The notes below the pieces were generated by a model that was not told the origin of the DNA, ran no database searches, and saw only the letters and a program-made list of their open reading frames with translations. From Candidatus Buchananbacteria bacterium (lineage in GTDB: Bacteria; Patescibacteriota; Patescibacteriia; Buchananbacterales; UBA6539): DNA of 64,000 nucleotides. Position 1 is the first letter of the stretch; every line of letters starts with the position of its first letter. Shown here piece by piece: positions 9,640 through 18,931 of this stretch. The DNA lies in contig JABWCG010000001.1 of assembly GCA_013359225.1 (NCBI GenBank), positions 70,410 through 134,409 on the forward strand. The letters run 5' to 3'. A program made the position numbers and the translations under genes.

Positions 9640-10887
9640 ATGGACTTATTTGATCACAAATTAGCTAAAGATCTCAGCCAAAAAGCTCCTTTGGCTGATC
9701 GGCTTAGGCCGCAAACGTTGAGTGATTTTATTGGTCAAAAAGATGTCGTTGGTGAAGGCAAATTATTACGATCAGCCATTGAGTCTGACGAAATTCCTTC
9801 CATGATTTTTTGGGGACCGCCAGGGACTGGTAAAAGTACCCTGGCGCGCATTATCGCTAAGCTGACCAAGTCAGAATTCATGCAATTGTCAGCGGTGAGT
9901 TCCGGTGTTAAAGAATTTCGGGAAATTGTTAAAGTCGCCTCCGACCGGCGTAAGTTTAATGGCAAACGAACCATTTTATTTATTGATGAGATTCACCGTT
10001 GGAATAAAGCCCAGCAGGATGGACTTTTGCCATACGTTGAGCAGGGCCTTATCACCTTAATCGGTGCTACTACTGAAAATCCAAGTTTTGAAGTTGTTTC
10101 AGCTTTACTTTCGCGTTGTCGTGTTTTCGTTTTGAAACAATTAACCGAGCATGATTTGGAAATAATTATTGAACGGGGGATTAAAGAAGGTTTTGGTGAA
10201 TTAAAAATTAAAGCGGATGAAACCATTATTCGTTATTTGGCGAACCTCGCCAGCGGTGACGCCCGGGTGGCATTAAACGCTTTAGAATTTGCCGTGACTT
10301 CAACCAAGCCGGAAAACGGTAAGGTGGTGTTAAGTCGAGAGGTAATCAGAGAGTCTTTGCAGAAGTCCAGTTTTTTATATGATAAAGACGGTGAACAGCA
10401 TTACAATATTATTTCAGCACTTCATAAATCAGTTCGCGGCGGCGACGCGGACGCGGCGTTATATTGGCTGAGTCGGATGCTGGAGTCGGGCGAAGACCCG
10501 CTGTATGTCGCCAGGCGCTTGGTGCGCATGGCGGTTGAGGATATCGGCCTGGCTGATCCGCACGCCTTGGAACAGGCGGTGGCTTGCTATCAGGGCTGTC
10601 ATTTTATTGGTATGCCGGAGTGCGACGTGATTTTGGCGCAGTGTGTGGTATACCTAGCGCGGGCCAAAAAATCAGTGGAGGTATACCAGGCGTATGGCAA
10701 AGTAAAACAAGACGTCAAGGAAACAATGGACCAGCCGGTGCCGCTTCATTTGCGCAACGCGCCGACAAAGTTAATGAAAGACTTAGCGTATGGCAAAGGC
10801 TATAAGTATTCACCCGATTATGATTGGCAGGAATCGCAGGACTATTTACCGGAGAGTTTGAAAGATAAAAAATATTTAGATTCTTAA
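9640..10887 (+). CDS. rarA: Replication-associated recombination protein A (MgsA/RarA AAA+ ATPase)
   Basis: PLADRLRP, GPPGTGKS, FIDEIHR, ATTENPSFEV, ISALHKSVRG, VPLHLRNAPT. Confidence 0.96.
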   Translation: MDLFDHKLAKDLSQKAPLADRLRPQTLSDFIGQKDVVGEGKLLRSAIESDEIPSMIFWGPPGTGKSTLARIIAKLTKSEFMQLSAVSSGVKEFREIVKVASDRRKFNGKRTILFIDEIHRWNKAQQDGLLPYVEQGLITLIGATTENPSFEVVSALLSRCRVFVLKQLTEHDLEIIIERGIKEGFGELKIKADETIIRYLANLASGDARVALNALEFAVTSTKPENGKVVLSREVIRESLQKSSFLYDKDGEQHYNIISALHKSVRGGDADAALYWLSRMLESGEDPLYVARRLVRMAVEDIGLADPHALEQAVACYQGCHFIGMPECDVILAQCVVYLARAKKSVEVYQAYGKVKQDVKETMDQPVPLHLRNAPTKLMKDLAYGKGYKYSPDYDWQESQDYLPESLKDKKYLDS

Positions 10888-10890
10888 AGT

Positions 10891-11337
10891 ATGGTTCGAG
10901 AAAAAACAATTGGATTTATTATTTTTCGCCGCCAAGGAAAATCGGTTCGCTATTTGCTGCTACATCATGGAGGTGATTATTGGAATTTTCCTAAAGGGCG
11001 TCAAGAAGCCGGAGAGGATGAAGTTACTTCGGCCAGGCGCGAGCTTGAAGAAGAAACTGGTATAACTGCCATTAACATCATTCCAGATTTTCGTGACGAG
11101 TATGATTACGATTTTGATACGGAAATCAGATCGGGGGTTAAAGAACGAATATATAAGAAAGCAATTTTTTTTATGGCCCAAGCCGAAACCGACGAAGTAA
11201 AAATTTCTGATGAGCATATTGATCACGGGTGGTTTGATTATGACACGGCGTTAAAACGGTTGTTTTTCCAAAATGGCCAAAACTTGTTAAAGCGCGCGCA
11301 TAAGTTCCTTTTAAATAAACAGGATTTTGTGTTATAA
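10891..11337 (+). CDS. NUDIX hydrolase (Ap4A hydrolase-like)
   Basis: WNFPKGRQEAGEDEVTSARRELEEETG Nudix box; SDEH. Confidence 0.9.
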   Translation: MVREKTIGFIIFRRQGKSVRYLLLHHGGDYWNFPKGRQEAGEDEVTSARRELEEETGITAINIIPDFRDEYDYDFDTEIRSGVKERIYKKAIFFMAQAETDEVKISDEHIDHGWFDYDTALKRLFFQNGQNLLKRAHKFLLNKQDFVL

Positions 11338-11389
11338 TAAATGAGACGACACAGTTAATTTTAAGTTAGGTGTTTCGTTTAACTCATTT

Positions 11390-12433
11390 ATGGACATAAA
11401 GAAATACTTTAATGAGGCGTTGCGGCGCAAAGCGTCCGATCTTCATCTGGTGGCCGGAAATAAGCCAACCCTGCGGATAGACGGCATTCTTGATGTTTTA
11501 GATAAAGAAAACCTTGATCCGGCAGAATTGGAAATTGCCACTTTTTCTTTGATGAAAGAAAGTGAGATTGAGTTTTATAAAAAACACAAAGAACTTGATT
11601 TTGCTTTAGATATCGCCGGCGGACACTTCCGCGTAAACGTTCACCAACAAGAAGGGCAAATCGGTTTGGCCGCCCGCGTGATTCCGGAAAACATCCCAAG
11701 TCCCAAAGACATTTATTTTGATGAAACGATTTATCGCTTCAGTCACCTAAACCAGGGGCTCATTTTAGTTACCGGTCCGTCTGGTTCTGGTAAATCAACT
11801 ACTTTGGCGGTTTTAATCAACCTGATTAATAAAGAGCGCAAAGCCCATATTATCACCATTGAAGACCCGATTGAATTTATTTTCCACGAAGAACAAAGTA
11901 TTATTGAACAGCGCGAGCTGGGGCGCGATACGCATTCTTTCCAGGAAGCATTGAAGCGAGCATTGCGTCAGGATCCAAACGTGATCATGGTAGGTGAAAT
12001 GCGCGACCCGGAAACTATCTCTGCGACGCTCACCGCGGCGGAAACCGGCCACTTGGTATTATCAACTTTGCACACCAATAATGCGGCGGAAACCATTGAA
12101 CGCATTGTTGATACTTTTCCGGCCCATCGCCAGCAGCAGATTTTAATGCAGCTTGCCTCAACATTGCGCGCGGTCATCTGCCAACAGATGATGCCCAAGC
12201 GCGGCGGCGGGGTCGTTGTCGCCCGGGAGATTTTGATTAATACGCCGGCGATTGCCAACCTGATTCGGGAAGATAAAATCGCTCACATTCCGTCGGCAAT
12301 GCAGACCGGCCGTAGCGAAGGCATGGTGACGATGCGTTCATCAATCAAGAAACTTTTTGAGCAGGGGCTCATCGAAGAACAAGTGTACGTTAATCGTACC
12401 GGCAGTTCGGAAACCCTAAGCACCTATTATTAA
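11390..12433 (+). CDS. pilT: Type IV pilus retraction ATPase PilT/PilU
   Basis: ASDLHL, GPSGSGKS, TIEDPIEF, LRQDPNVIMVGEMRD, ETGHLVLSTLH, AIANLIRE. Confidence 0.93.
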   Translation: MDIKKYFNEALRRKASDLHLVAGNKPTLRIDGILDVLDKENLDPAELEIATFSLMKESEIEFYKKHKELDFALDIAGGHFRVNVHQQEGQIGLAARVIPENIPSPKDIYFDETIYRFSHLNQGLILVTGPSGSGKSTTLAVLINLINKERKAHIITIEDPIEFIFHEEQSIIEQRELGRDTHSFQEALKRALRQDPNVIMVGEMRDPETISATLTAAETGHLVLSTLHTNNAAETIERIVDTFPAHRQQQILMQLASTLRAVICQQMMPKRGGGVVVAREILINTPAIANLIREDKIAHIPSAMQTGRSEGMVTMRSSIKKLFEQGLIEEQVYVNRTGSSETLSTYY

Positions 12434-12446
12434 GATAAAAACGACT

Positions 12447-12785
12447 ATGACATCTGAGCGTTGGCAAGAAATTATTGGACACGTTAAAGACAATTTTGAA
12501 TTAATCAACCACGTGACTCAGGATTTGGACGAGGATGCTGGACCCGGTACAATAGAAATTTTGGAATTTCGTACCCCCGTGGGACAGATGAAGCTTGAGT
12601 GGACGACACAGCCGTTAATCATCGATAAGCGGACAATCGGCAGCAAGCGTATTGGCGGCGACGTCACGGTGGAATATAAGTATTCTGATACCGAACAGGT
12701 GCACAAGTTCAAGGCTTTTAAATTCGACGAGGCTCAAGAGGCATGGGTGGAATTGGCAATGGATAAAGGTAACATGTTTTTTTAA
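12447..12785 (+). CDS. Hypothetical small acidic protein
   Basis: Clean ORF tightly packed in the operon. Confidence 0.75.
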   Translation: MTSERWQEIIGHVKDNFELINHVTQDLDEDAGPGTIEILEFRTPVGQMKLEWTTQPLIIDKRTIGSKRIGGDVTVEYKYSDTEQVHKFKAFKFDEAQEAWVELAMDKGNMFF

Positions 12786-12813
12786 AAAAGATAATTAATA
12801 AAATAAAAAATAT

Positions 12814-13158
12814 ATGATACGACGAAAACAAAAAATCGATGAATCCGAGGTATTAAAATTCGGATTTTTGGGCGGTATCGCTCAAGCCACTTATATTTTG
12901 CTTGTCGCACTGTTTATTCAGGTCATTAGCCTTGCTCGACCGGCAGGAAAGGGCGGAGTTGGCGATGTTATTTTGGTTTTGATTATGTTTGTTTTCAGTG
13001 CGGCGGCGTCGGCCATTATCGTTTTTGGCTACCCAGCGTACCTGGCGGTTCAAAAGCGCTTTGCTGAAAGTCTGATGACGGCGGTCACCACCCTGGTTAC
13101 TTTGGCAATCATCGGTATTTTAATGTTTATCTTACTTTCAATTGTTCAATTTCTATAA
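12814..13158 (+). CDS. Small membrane protein (3 TM helices)
   Basis: Three hydrophobic segments; TAATG coupling to next gene. Confidence 0.75.
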   Translation: MIRRKQKIDESEVLKFGFLGGIAQATYILLVALFIQVISLARPAGKGGVGDVILVLIMFVFSAAASAIIVFGYPAYLAVQKRFAESLMTAVTTLVTLAIIGILMFILLSIVQFL

Positions 13159-13571
13159 TGAATAAAAGAGTTGTTTTAGTAGCTATCGGAGGGGTATTTT
13201 TATTAGCAGCACTGGCGTTTGGTAGCAAATTTTTTGGTAAAAATGATCAAATCCCGTTATTAGATAATTCAGCGCCGGTAATTGTTGATGCTAATTCAGC
13301 CGATGAAACTTCCGCCAAGCCCGATGACTATCAGGCAAATGTTCAACAGACGCTCAAGCAGTATTGGCAGACAGGGGAGAGTGCCGGCATCAAAGACCGG
13401 TTGTTAGCATTTACAACTCCAAGTGATTTTTTAGATCTTCACTTAGACTTAGTTATTGCGTTTGAACTTATTGAGCAGGGGCAAAGCGGCAATGATCAGG
13501 AAAAGATTGCCGGTGCCAAGGCAAAATTAGAGGCTTTAAAAACACAATATCCGTGGATCGCTAATTATTAA
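13158..13571 (+). CDS. Hypothetical membrane-anchored protein
   Basis: N-terminal TM helix, helical C-terminus. Confidence 0.75.
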   Translation: MNKRVVLVAIGGVFLLAALAFGSKFFGKNDQIPLLDNSAPVIVDANSADETSAKPDDYQANVQQTLKQYWQTGESAGIKDRLLAFTTPSDFLDLHLDLVIAFELIEQGQSGNDQEKIAGAKAKLEALKTQYPWIANY

Positions 13572-13582
13572 ATCATACATTT

Positions 13583-14065
13583 ATGAATAAGCAGCGAGGT
13601 TTAACTTTAATTGAATTAATGGTTGTTATTTTGATTATTGTTTTTATTGCCACTGTCGCGACGATTGCCGTTAAAAATGCTCGGACTAAAACCCGAGACA
13701 CTAAGCGAATTTATGATATTCAGCAGTATGCCAAAGCAATCCGGCTATATGCTCAGGAAAACCAGGGCCAGTACCCGCTTGAAAACGGTTATTTAGGGCG
13801 TAATGATGCTGTTAACACCGACCTGTCAAAATATCTTCCAAATTTGCCGTCTGACCCGTCTGACAAAGGGGGGACTACTGGCAGTGATTATTATTACTAC
13901 TACGTTGCAAATAATATTTGCAATGGCATTACCCACCCAACAGTCCATGTTCAGAATATTGAAACTTCGCAGGCGGATTTCAATAATAACGGCTGCCCTG
14001 AAGGTTTAGGTGGCAGTGAAAACGGTTACGCCAATGCCGCTGATTACCTTATTGTGATAGATTAG
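13583..14065 (+). CDS. Type IV pilin / GspG-like prepilin
   Basis: Class III signal KQRG|LTLIELMVV with Glu5; ARTKTRDTKR helix; PSDP motif; C-terminal Cys pair. Confidence 0.9.
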   Translation: MNKQRGLTLIELMVVILIIVFIATVATIAVKNARTKTRDTKRIYDIQQYAKAIRLYAQENQGQYPLENGYLGRNDAVNTDLSKYLPNLPSDPSDKGGTTGSDYYYYYVANNICNGITHPTVHVQNIETSQADFNNNGCPEGLGGSENGYANAADYLIVID

Positions 14066-14069
14066 TTTT

Positions 14070-14939
14070 ATGGATAAAAAAGAAAAAGGATTTGAAGATA
14101 AATTTTTGGGCTTGGATGAAGCGGCGGATGATGACCGTCCGGTAGTAGCTAAATCTTTAAAAGCCAAAAAAACAAAACAGCCGCGCCAGATAAAAAAAGG
14201 CAAGCGGAATAAAAAGAATATTTGGAAGCGTTTAGGTGTTGTGGTTATGATTTTTTTCGTTGGAGTTTTGGTAGTTTTATGTATCGCTGGGATTGTACGA
14301 GTGCCTGTTTTAAGCAACATTTTATATCAAACACCCTCACCGTCACGGGTGGTGTCCGACGTTGTTTTGGGAGAGATAGACCGGACAAAAAATGGGGTTA
14401 ACTTTGATAAGGAATCAAGCGTACTGTCAGTTAAAATCTCTGAAGAGTATCTTTCTTATTTTTTGCAGCAGCTTCAGCTTAAATCAAATGATCCGTCGTT
14501 TGACCAAAATATTCAGGTGGTTGTTGAAAGTGGAGAAATTGAATTTTACGCGACAATGCTGCGGCCGGTAAAAACCGAAATAACGTTGCGAGTTAAACCA
14601 GACATTGGTTCCGGATTGTCTTTGACAAAATTTTTTAAAGTTACTAAGTTTAAGGTTGGCAATCTGCGACTGCCGTCGTTTGTGGCAGAGCTATATTTGA
14701 AAGAATTGATTGAATCTAAATTAAAGACTTTGACTTCAGCTTTTGGCGGCGCCAGTAACTTGATTACCGCCAAGCCGCCTGTTAGCGTCAAAAATCTCGC
14801 ACTTGAGAATGGTTATGCAGAAATTGATATTTATTTTGATATGGCAAAAATTCAGGAAAATATGAAGCAGCTGCCTCAGCTATTGGAAGAGATTCAAAAG
14901 CGATATCCGGCGGCGGCATCTAAAACTATTCAACCATGA
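14070..14939 (+). CDS. Hypothetical single-pass membrane protein
   Basis: Lys-rich N-terminus, one TM helix, extracellular domain. Confidence 0.75.
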   Translation: MDKKEKGFEDKFLGLDEAADDDRPVVAKSLKAKKTKQPRQIKKGKRNKKNIWKRLGVVVMIFFVGVLVVLCIAGIVRVPVLSNILYQTPSPSRVVSDVVLGEIDRTKNGVNFDKESSVLSVKISEEYLSYFLQQLQLKSNDPSFDQNIQVVVESGEIEFYATMLRPVKTEITLRVKPDIGSGLSLTKFFKVTKFKVGNLRLPSFVAELYLKELIESKLKTLTSAFGGASNLITAKPPVSVKNLALENGYAEIDIYFDMAKIQENMKQLPQLLEEIQKRYPAAASKTIQP

Positions 14940-15700
14940 TTATCATTAACCGTTTAATTCCCTGGCTTTCTGCTTTTTTAATTTTGCTTATCTTGGAGCA
15001 GATTTTAGCGACGCCAAAGCAACTGCATTGGTTGATCGGCATGGCTTTAGCGTTGGTGATTTTGGGCGTCTGGCAGCTAATGGACCGGCAGATATTCAAT
15101 AAGCGCTTCGTTGAGTTAGTAACGACGCCAGTGCTGTTTTTGGGAAGTGGTATTTTGTTTTTGAGTTTTTTGCAAGGTAACTTACTGAAACAGGCGGTTA
15201 TCTTAATTCTGGCGTTACTGATTGGTATCTACCTTGAAGTGATATTGTTTCGTTTTCAAATCAGACCCCGGTATCAGCCTCATTCACTAGACAACATATC
15301 GACGCATTTAGGGTTGTTGGCATTATTTTTCTTAAGCAGCGGTTTGTTTAGTCTGATTGTTTTTTTGGGACTACCGTTGTGGTCAGCTGCTTTAATTTTT
15401 GGCGGCGGCTGTTTGTTGCTTACTAGTCAGCTGCTTTGGGTCAGTGAAACAACATTTGTTCGCAGTTGGCAATTTGTTTTTGTGATTTCTTTAGTGGCAA
15501 TGGAAGTATTTTTGGTTGTCGGCTTCATGCCCACTAGTATCAACGTCAATGCGTTAATCGTTTCCTTGGGGTACTATCTTATGGATGGTTTGGCGCGTAA
15601 TTGGCTTTTAGGGATTAAGGAAAAGAAAGTGATTAGACGCTATTTGCTTATTGCGGTATTTTCATTAATAATAATCTTAGCTACTGCTAAGTGGTTTTAA
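14936..15700 (+). CDS. Multi-TM membrane protein (DUF5656-like)
   Basis: About 8 TM segments; ATGA overlap. Confidence 0.65.
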   Translation: MIIINRLIPWLSAFLILLILEQILATPKQLHWLIGMALALVILGVWQLMDRQIFNKRFVELVTTPVLFLGSGILFLSFLQGNLLKQAVILILALLIGIYLEVILFRFQIRPRYQPHSLDNISTHLGLLALFFLSSGLFSLIVFLGLPLWSAALIFGGGCLLLTSQLLWVSETTFVRSWQFVFVISLVAMEVFLVVGFMPTSINVNALIVSLGYYLMDGLARNWLLGIKEKKVIRRYLLIAVFSLIIILATAKWF

Positions 15701-15701
15701 C

Positions 15702-16868
15702 ATGATTAAAAAGATTTTAGACAAAAAGAATAGTCAGATTTCTCAGGTGGTTATTTTATCCATGATTTTTGGCTTTGGTTCAGGGGTAGTCGGCCAGATT
15801 GTGGCGGATGTTTATATTGATCCGTGGCGGCAGGATTATATCACGCAAGGTATTTATGACAATACGACTGATGTACCCGAGATTCCGCAACTGCGTCGCG
15901 TGGAACGATTCTTGGGTATTGAGCAGGATTTTGAAGTCAATAAATCAATTACAAAAGTTAATTCCGCATTAGTCGGAATTTATAAAAAGAAAGCGGTTTC
16001 TGGACAGGCAGCCCTAAATCAAGTGTATACGGCCGCTGACTTGGTGGCTAATGGCGTGGCATTGACCAGTGATGGTTGGCTTGCAACCCATCAAAAAGCC
16101 TTGGCGGACTTTGATTTAAAGAATTTAGTAGTCATATTCAACCATCAGTTGTTTGAGGTGAAACAAATGGTGCAGGACGAAACCACCGGTGTCGCATTTA
16201 TTAAAATTTCCGCTGACAACTTGGGCATTGTTACTCTCGGAGATTCGCGAGAGTCCACTCTTGGTCAGCTGGGGGTTGTGACTAATGTTTTGGGCGAAGT
16301 GACGGTGGTTAACGTTAAAGACAACGATTATCGTCAGTTAAGCACTCCTCAAGAGTATGTCTTTTCGTCCGAGCGCTATGATTACTCGCTGTTGATTTCC
16401 AAGGGGCTTGATAGCAATTATTTAGGTAGCCCGGTGGTAAATTTGGGCGGAGAAGTAATTGGCATTGTTTATGAAATACGAGACGATGGCCAGGCTTTGG
16501 CAGTGCCAATCAACCAGTTTAAATCAATTATTCTCGATGTGCTGCGCAGTAATACCGTTAACCGGCCGCTCTTGGGCGTGATGTATGTTGATTTAAGCAA
16601 GGTGGTTGGGTTGAATGTTGCCAATGGCAAAGATTTGAGTCGCGGAGCTTTGATTTACCAATCGCCGAACCGCAATACGCCGGCATTTTCAGCCGGATTT
16701 AAGGAAGGCGATATTATTTTGAGTATTGATGGTCAGTTGGTTGACGAGAACAGTAATTTGACGGAATTGATTCAGCAATATCAAGTTGGTGATGAAGTCA
16801 GCATTGAATATCTAAGAAGTGGCGTTACAGCCACAGTTGATGTAGTCTTATCAGCGGCAGTGCAGTAG
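15702..16868 (+). CDS. HtrA/S1C trypsin-PDZ protein with degenerate catalytic triad
   Basis: TM anchor, GVALTSDGWLAT, GSPVVNLGGEVIGI, C-terminal PDZ (TPAFSAGFKEGDIIL). Confidence 0.85.
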   Translation: MIKKILDKKNSQISQVVILSMIFGFGSGVVGQIVADVYIDPWRQDYITQGIYDNTTDVPEIPQLRRVERFLGIEQDFEVNKSITKVNSALVGIYKKKAVSGQAALNQVYTAADLVANGVALTSDGWLATHQKALADFDLKNLVVIFNHQLFEVKQMVQDETTGVAFIKISADNLGIVTLGDSRESTLGQLGVVTNVLGEVTVVNVKDNDYRQLSTPQEYVFSSERYDYSLLISKGLDSNYLGSPVVNLGGEVIGIVYEIRDDGQALAVPINQFKSIILDVLRSNTVNRPLLGVMYVDLSKVVGLNVANGKDLSRGALIYQSPNRNTPAFSAGFKEGDIILSIDGQLVDENSNLTELIQQYQVGDEVSIEYLRSGVTATVDVVLSAAVQ

Positions 16869-16889
16869 TTAAAATTATTATATAAAAAT

Positions 16890-16926
16890 AACGCAGTCAG
16901 TTTCGGTTTGAAACAGGCTGCGTTTT
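16890..16926. terminator. Bidirectional terminator between convergent genes
   Basis: AACGCAGTC...GGCTGCGTT stem with inner GTTTCG/TGAAAC, flanked by A- and T-rich runs. Confidence 0.7.
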
Positions 16927-16945
16927 GATTTTGGATTAGCCCTCC

Positions 16946-18250
16946 TTAGAGGGTGATAATTTGGCTTCGTTCGGGTCCGGTGCCAACCATGGTTAGCGGT
17001 ATCTGGTACGGCCGACTGATTGCCTCCAGATATCGTTGAGCGTTTTCGGGCAAGTCTGCCCAAGTGGTGACGCCGGTGATATCTTGAGTCCAGCCGGCAA
17101 ATTCGGTAAGTACCGGGGTGATGTGGTCCAGGTCTTCCACGACTGTCGGGAAAAAATCAACCACTTGGCCGCCGGCTCGATATTCGGTGCAAACCATCAG
17201 CGGGTGGATGTTGGTCAAGACATCTACCTTATTGATGACCAGTTTTGTGCCGCGGCCAACCGTAGCGCAGAATTCGCCGATCATGTTGTCACACCAGCCA
17301 ATGTCGCGCGGCCGCTTGGTAGTGACACCGTATTCGTGGCCGCGTTCGCGAATCAGCGTTGCAAGCCTTTCGGGCATTGGCGCCGTGAGTCCGTGTGGTC
17401 CAACACGAGTGATGTATGCCTTGATGACGACGTAATCTTCGGTAATCCAGCTTGGGTCAACACCGACTCCGGATTGAATTGATCCCGGCCAAGTGTTGGA
17501 AGCCGTGCCGTAGGGATAGATCCCTAAGTCGTGGTCCAGCATACCAGCCTGCGCACCTTCGCCGAGGATGACGCCCTCTTGATTGAGAATACTGTTCAGG
17601 TAGGGGATTTCGTTTCCGGCATACGCCAGAATCTGTTCGCGGCATGCTTCCACTTCTGCTACGACTTGATCGATGCTGATTGGTTCTTGTCCAAAGCAAC
17701 CGGTCAGAATCGCGTTGGTATAGTCAAGCGCCGGAGTGACTTGCCTGACGAATTGGTCCATGTTGCGCAGATGGCCGAGGCGAACGCCTTGATACATCCG
17801 GGCAAATCCGTAGGTCTGGCTAATCGCCTTTTTGGTGGTGCCTTTTTTCCCGGCTCCAGCTTCGCGCGCAGCTTCCAATGCCATATGAAACGACAAAGTG
17901 AGTTGTGCGCCTTCAGAGATCAGGAGATTGTCCGGGCTAACTGGAATGCCTTTGGCGCGTAAGCGCTCAATTTCTGCAAGTACGCGTTGCGGATTAATCA
18001 CCATGCCGCGGCCCATAACGCTCATTACGGGCCGTTCCAGACAGCGAATAACACCTGCCGGAATAGCATGAAGATCAATTTCGGTGTTACCAAAAACAAC
18101 ACTGTGGCCGGCATTATCGCCGCCCTGCCAACGAAACACCGCCTGGACCCTTGGGTCGGCGGTTAAGTGGTCAACAACGCGGGCCTTGCCGTTGTCGCCA
18201 AAAATCGGATCGCGCACGATCCAAACGCCACCGTAACCTGGTTTACCCAC
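16946..18250 (-). CDS. purA: Adenylosuccinate synthetase family protein (divergent PurA)
   Basis: GDNGKA, QGGDNAGH, EGAQ, KAYITRVG, EYGVTTKRPR, NKVD, GTGP; GTG start with AAGGAG SD. Confidence 0.85.
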   Translation of the reverse strand: MGKPGYGGVWIVRDPIFGDNGKARVVDHLTADPRVQAVFRWQGGDNAGHSVVFGNTEIDLHAIPAGVIRCLERPVMSVMGRGMVINPQRVLAEIERLRAKGIPVSPDNLLISEGAQLTLSFHMALEAAREAGAGKKGTTKKAISQTYGFARMYQGVRLGHLRNMDQFVRQVTPALDYTNAILTGCFGQEPISIDQVVAEVEACREQILAYAGNEIPYLNSILNQEGVILGEGAQAGMLDHDLGIYPYGTASNTWPGSIQSGVGVDPSWITEDYVVIKAYITRVGPHGLTAPMPERLATLIRERGHEYGVTTKRPRDIGWCDNMIGEFCATVGRGTKLVINKVDVLTNIHPLMVCTEYRAGGQVVDFFPTVVEDLDHITPVLTEFAGWTQDITGVTTWADLPENAQRYLEAISRPYQIPLTMVGTGPERSQIITL

Positions 18251-18357
18251 ATTTTTTCTCCTTGTGAGGTTAGACCAAAATTAAAGCCAAAATAAAAAGG
18301 ACGTTTACCTCCACTGTTGATTTTGGCAGAAAGTGGCTGAGCGGTCAATTTACGAAC

Positions 18358-18657
18358 TTATTCAGGCTTGATAACCCTGGGTTCTTTTTTATCGATAAGA
18401 TCAGGGTGAGGGGAGTAGAGCTTATTTTTGATTTTCCACTTATCCACATACTGACCTATTCCTTTATTAGCTAGTTTATTTTTTGTTGTAGTTCTTCCCT
18501 GTGACCATTCTAATAGACTGTTGAAGTTAATTTTATATCGTCCCTGAACAACAATGTATTTTAAATCTTGGTGCTGGATTGCGCGTCTGATGGTCTTTTG
18601 ATCAACGCCAAAAAGACGGGACGCTTCAGAAACGGTTACTCGGATTACATTTGTCAT
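18358..18657 (-). CDS. Small MerR/Xis-like (HTH_17) DNA-binding protein
   Basis: VTVSEASRLFGVDQKTIRRAI...GRYKINFNSLLEW. Confidence 0.85.
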   Translation of the reverse strand: MTNVIRVTVSEASRLFGVDQKTIRRAIQHQDLKYIVVQGRYKINFNSLLEWSQGRTTTKNKLANKGIGQYVDKWKIKNKLYSPHPDLIDKKEPRVIKPE

Positions 18658-18669
18658 AAAATATAATTT

Positions 18670-18691
18670 TTGTCCAGACTAGTCTGGACAA
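18670..18691. promoter_or_regulatory. Perfect 22-bp palindrome, probable operator
   Basis: TTGTCCAGACTAGTCTGGACAA, 12 bp upstream of the HTH start codon. Confidence 0.65.
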
Positions 18692-18749
18692 TTTTAGATA
18701 TTTTCAATGAAGTAGCTTTAAATATATTCTACAATTTATGGTTTTTTAC

Positions 18750-18778
18750 TGCAACATATTTCTTTTTTAAACGTCTTA
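18750..18778 (+). promoter_or_regulatory. ECF-type promoter 1
   Basis: TGCAAC-N16-CGTCTTA. Confidence 0.65.
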
Positions 18779-18846
18779 TTTAGTAACACTTAGTACTCTT
18801 TTATTATTCTTTAATTTTTTAAAAATTAGCTTAAAAAGGGCTAATT

Positions 18847-18875
18847 TTGACTTTTTTAAAGAAAATCGTTATAGT
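18847..18875 (+). promoter_or_regulatory. Sigma70 promoter upstream of the ECF sigma gene
   Basis: TTGACT-N17-TATAGT. Confidence 0.6.
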
Positions 18876-18898
18876 ATAGTCTGTTGCGGTTACCTAAC

Positions 18899-18927
18899 TG
18901 TAACGTTTTTTAAGCTCCTACGTCTTA
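18899..18927 (+). promoter_or_regulatory. ECF-type promoter 2 (probably autoregulatory and leaderless)
   Basis: TGTAAC-N16-CGTCTTA ending 4 bp before the sigma ATG. Confidence 0.7.
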
Positions 18928-18931
18928 ATTA

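Noticed and set aside
17036-17962. Several 100-150 aa ORFs antisense to purA
   Set aside because: Shadow ORFs of a GC-rich gene with no recognisable motifs
16946-18250. PurZ (2-aminoadenine DNA) call
   Set aside because: The Asp13 equivalent is retained (GDNGK rather than GSxGK), and no dATPase, MazZ or phage genes are nearby
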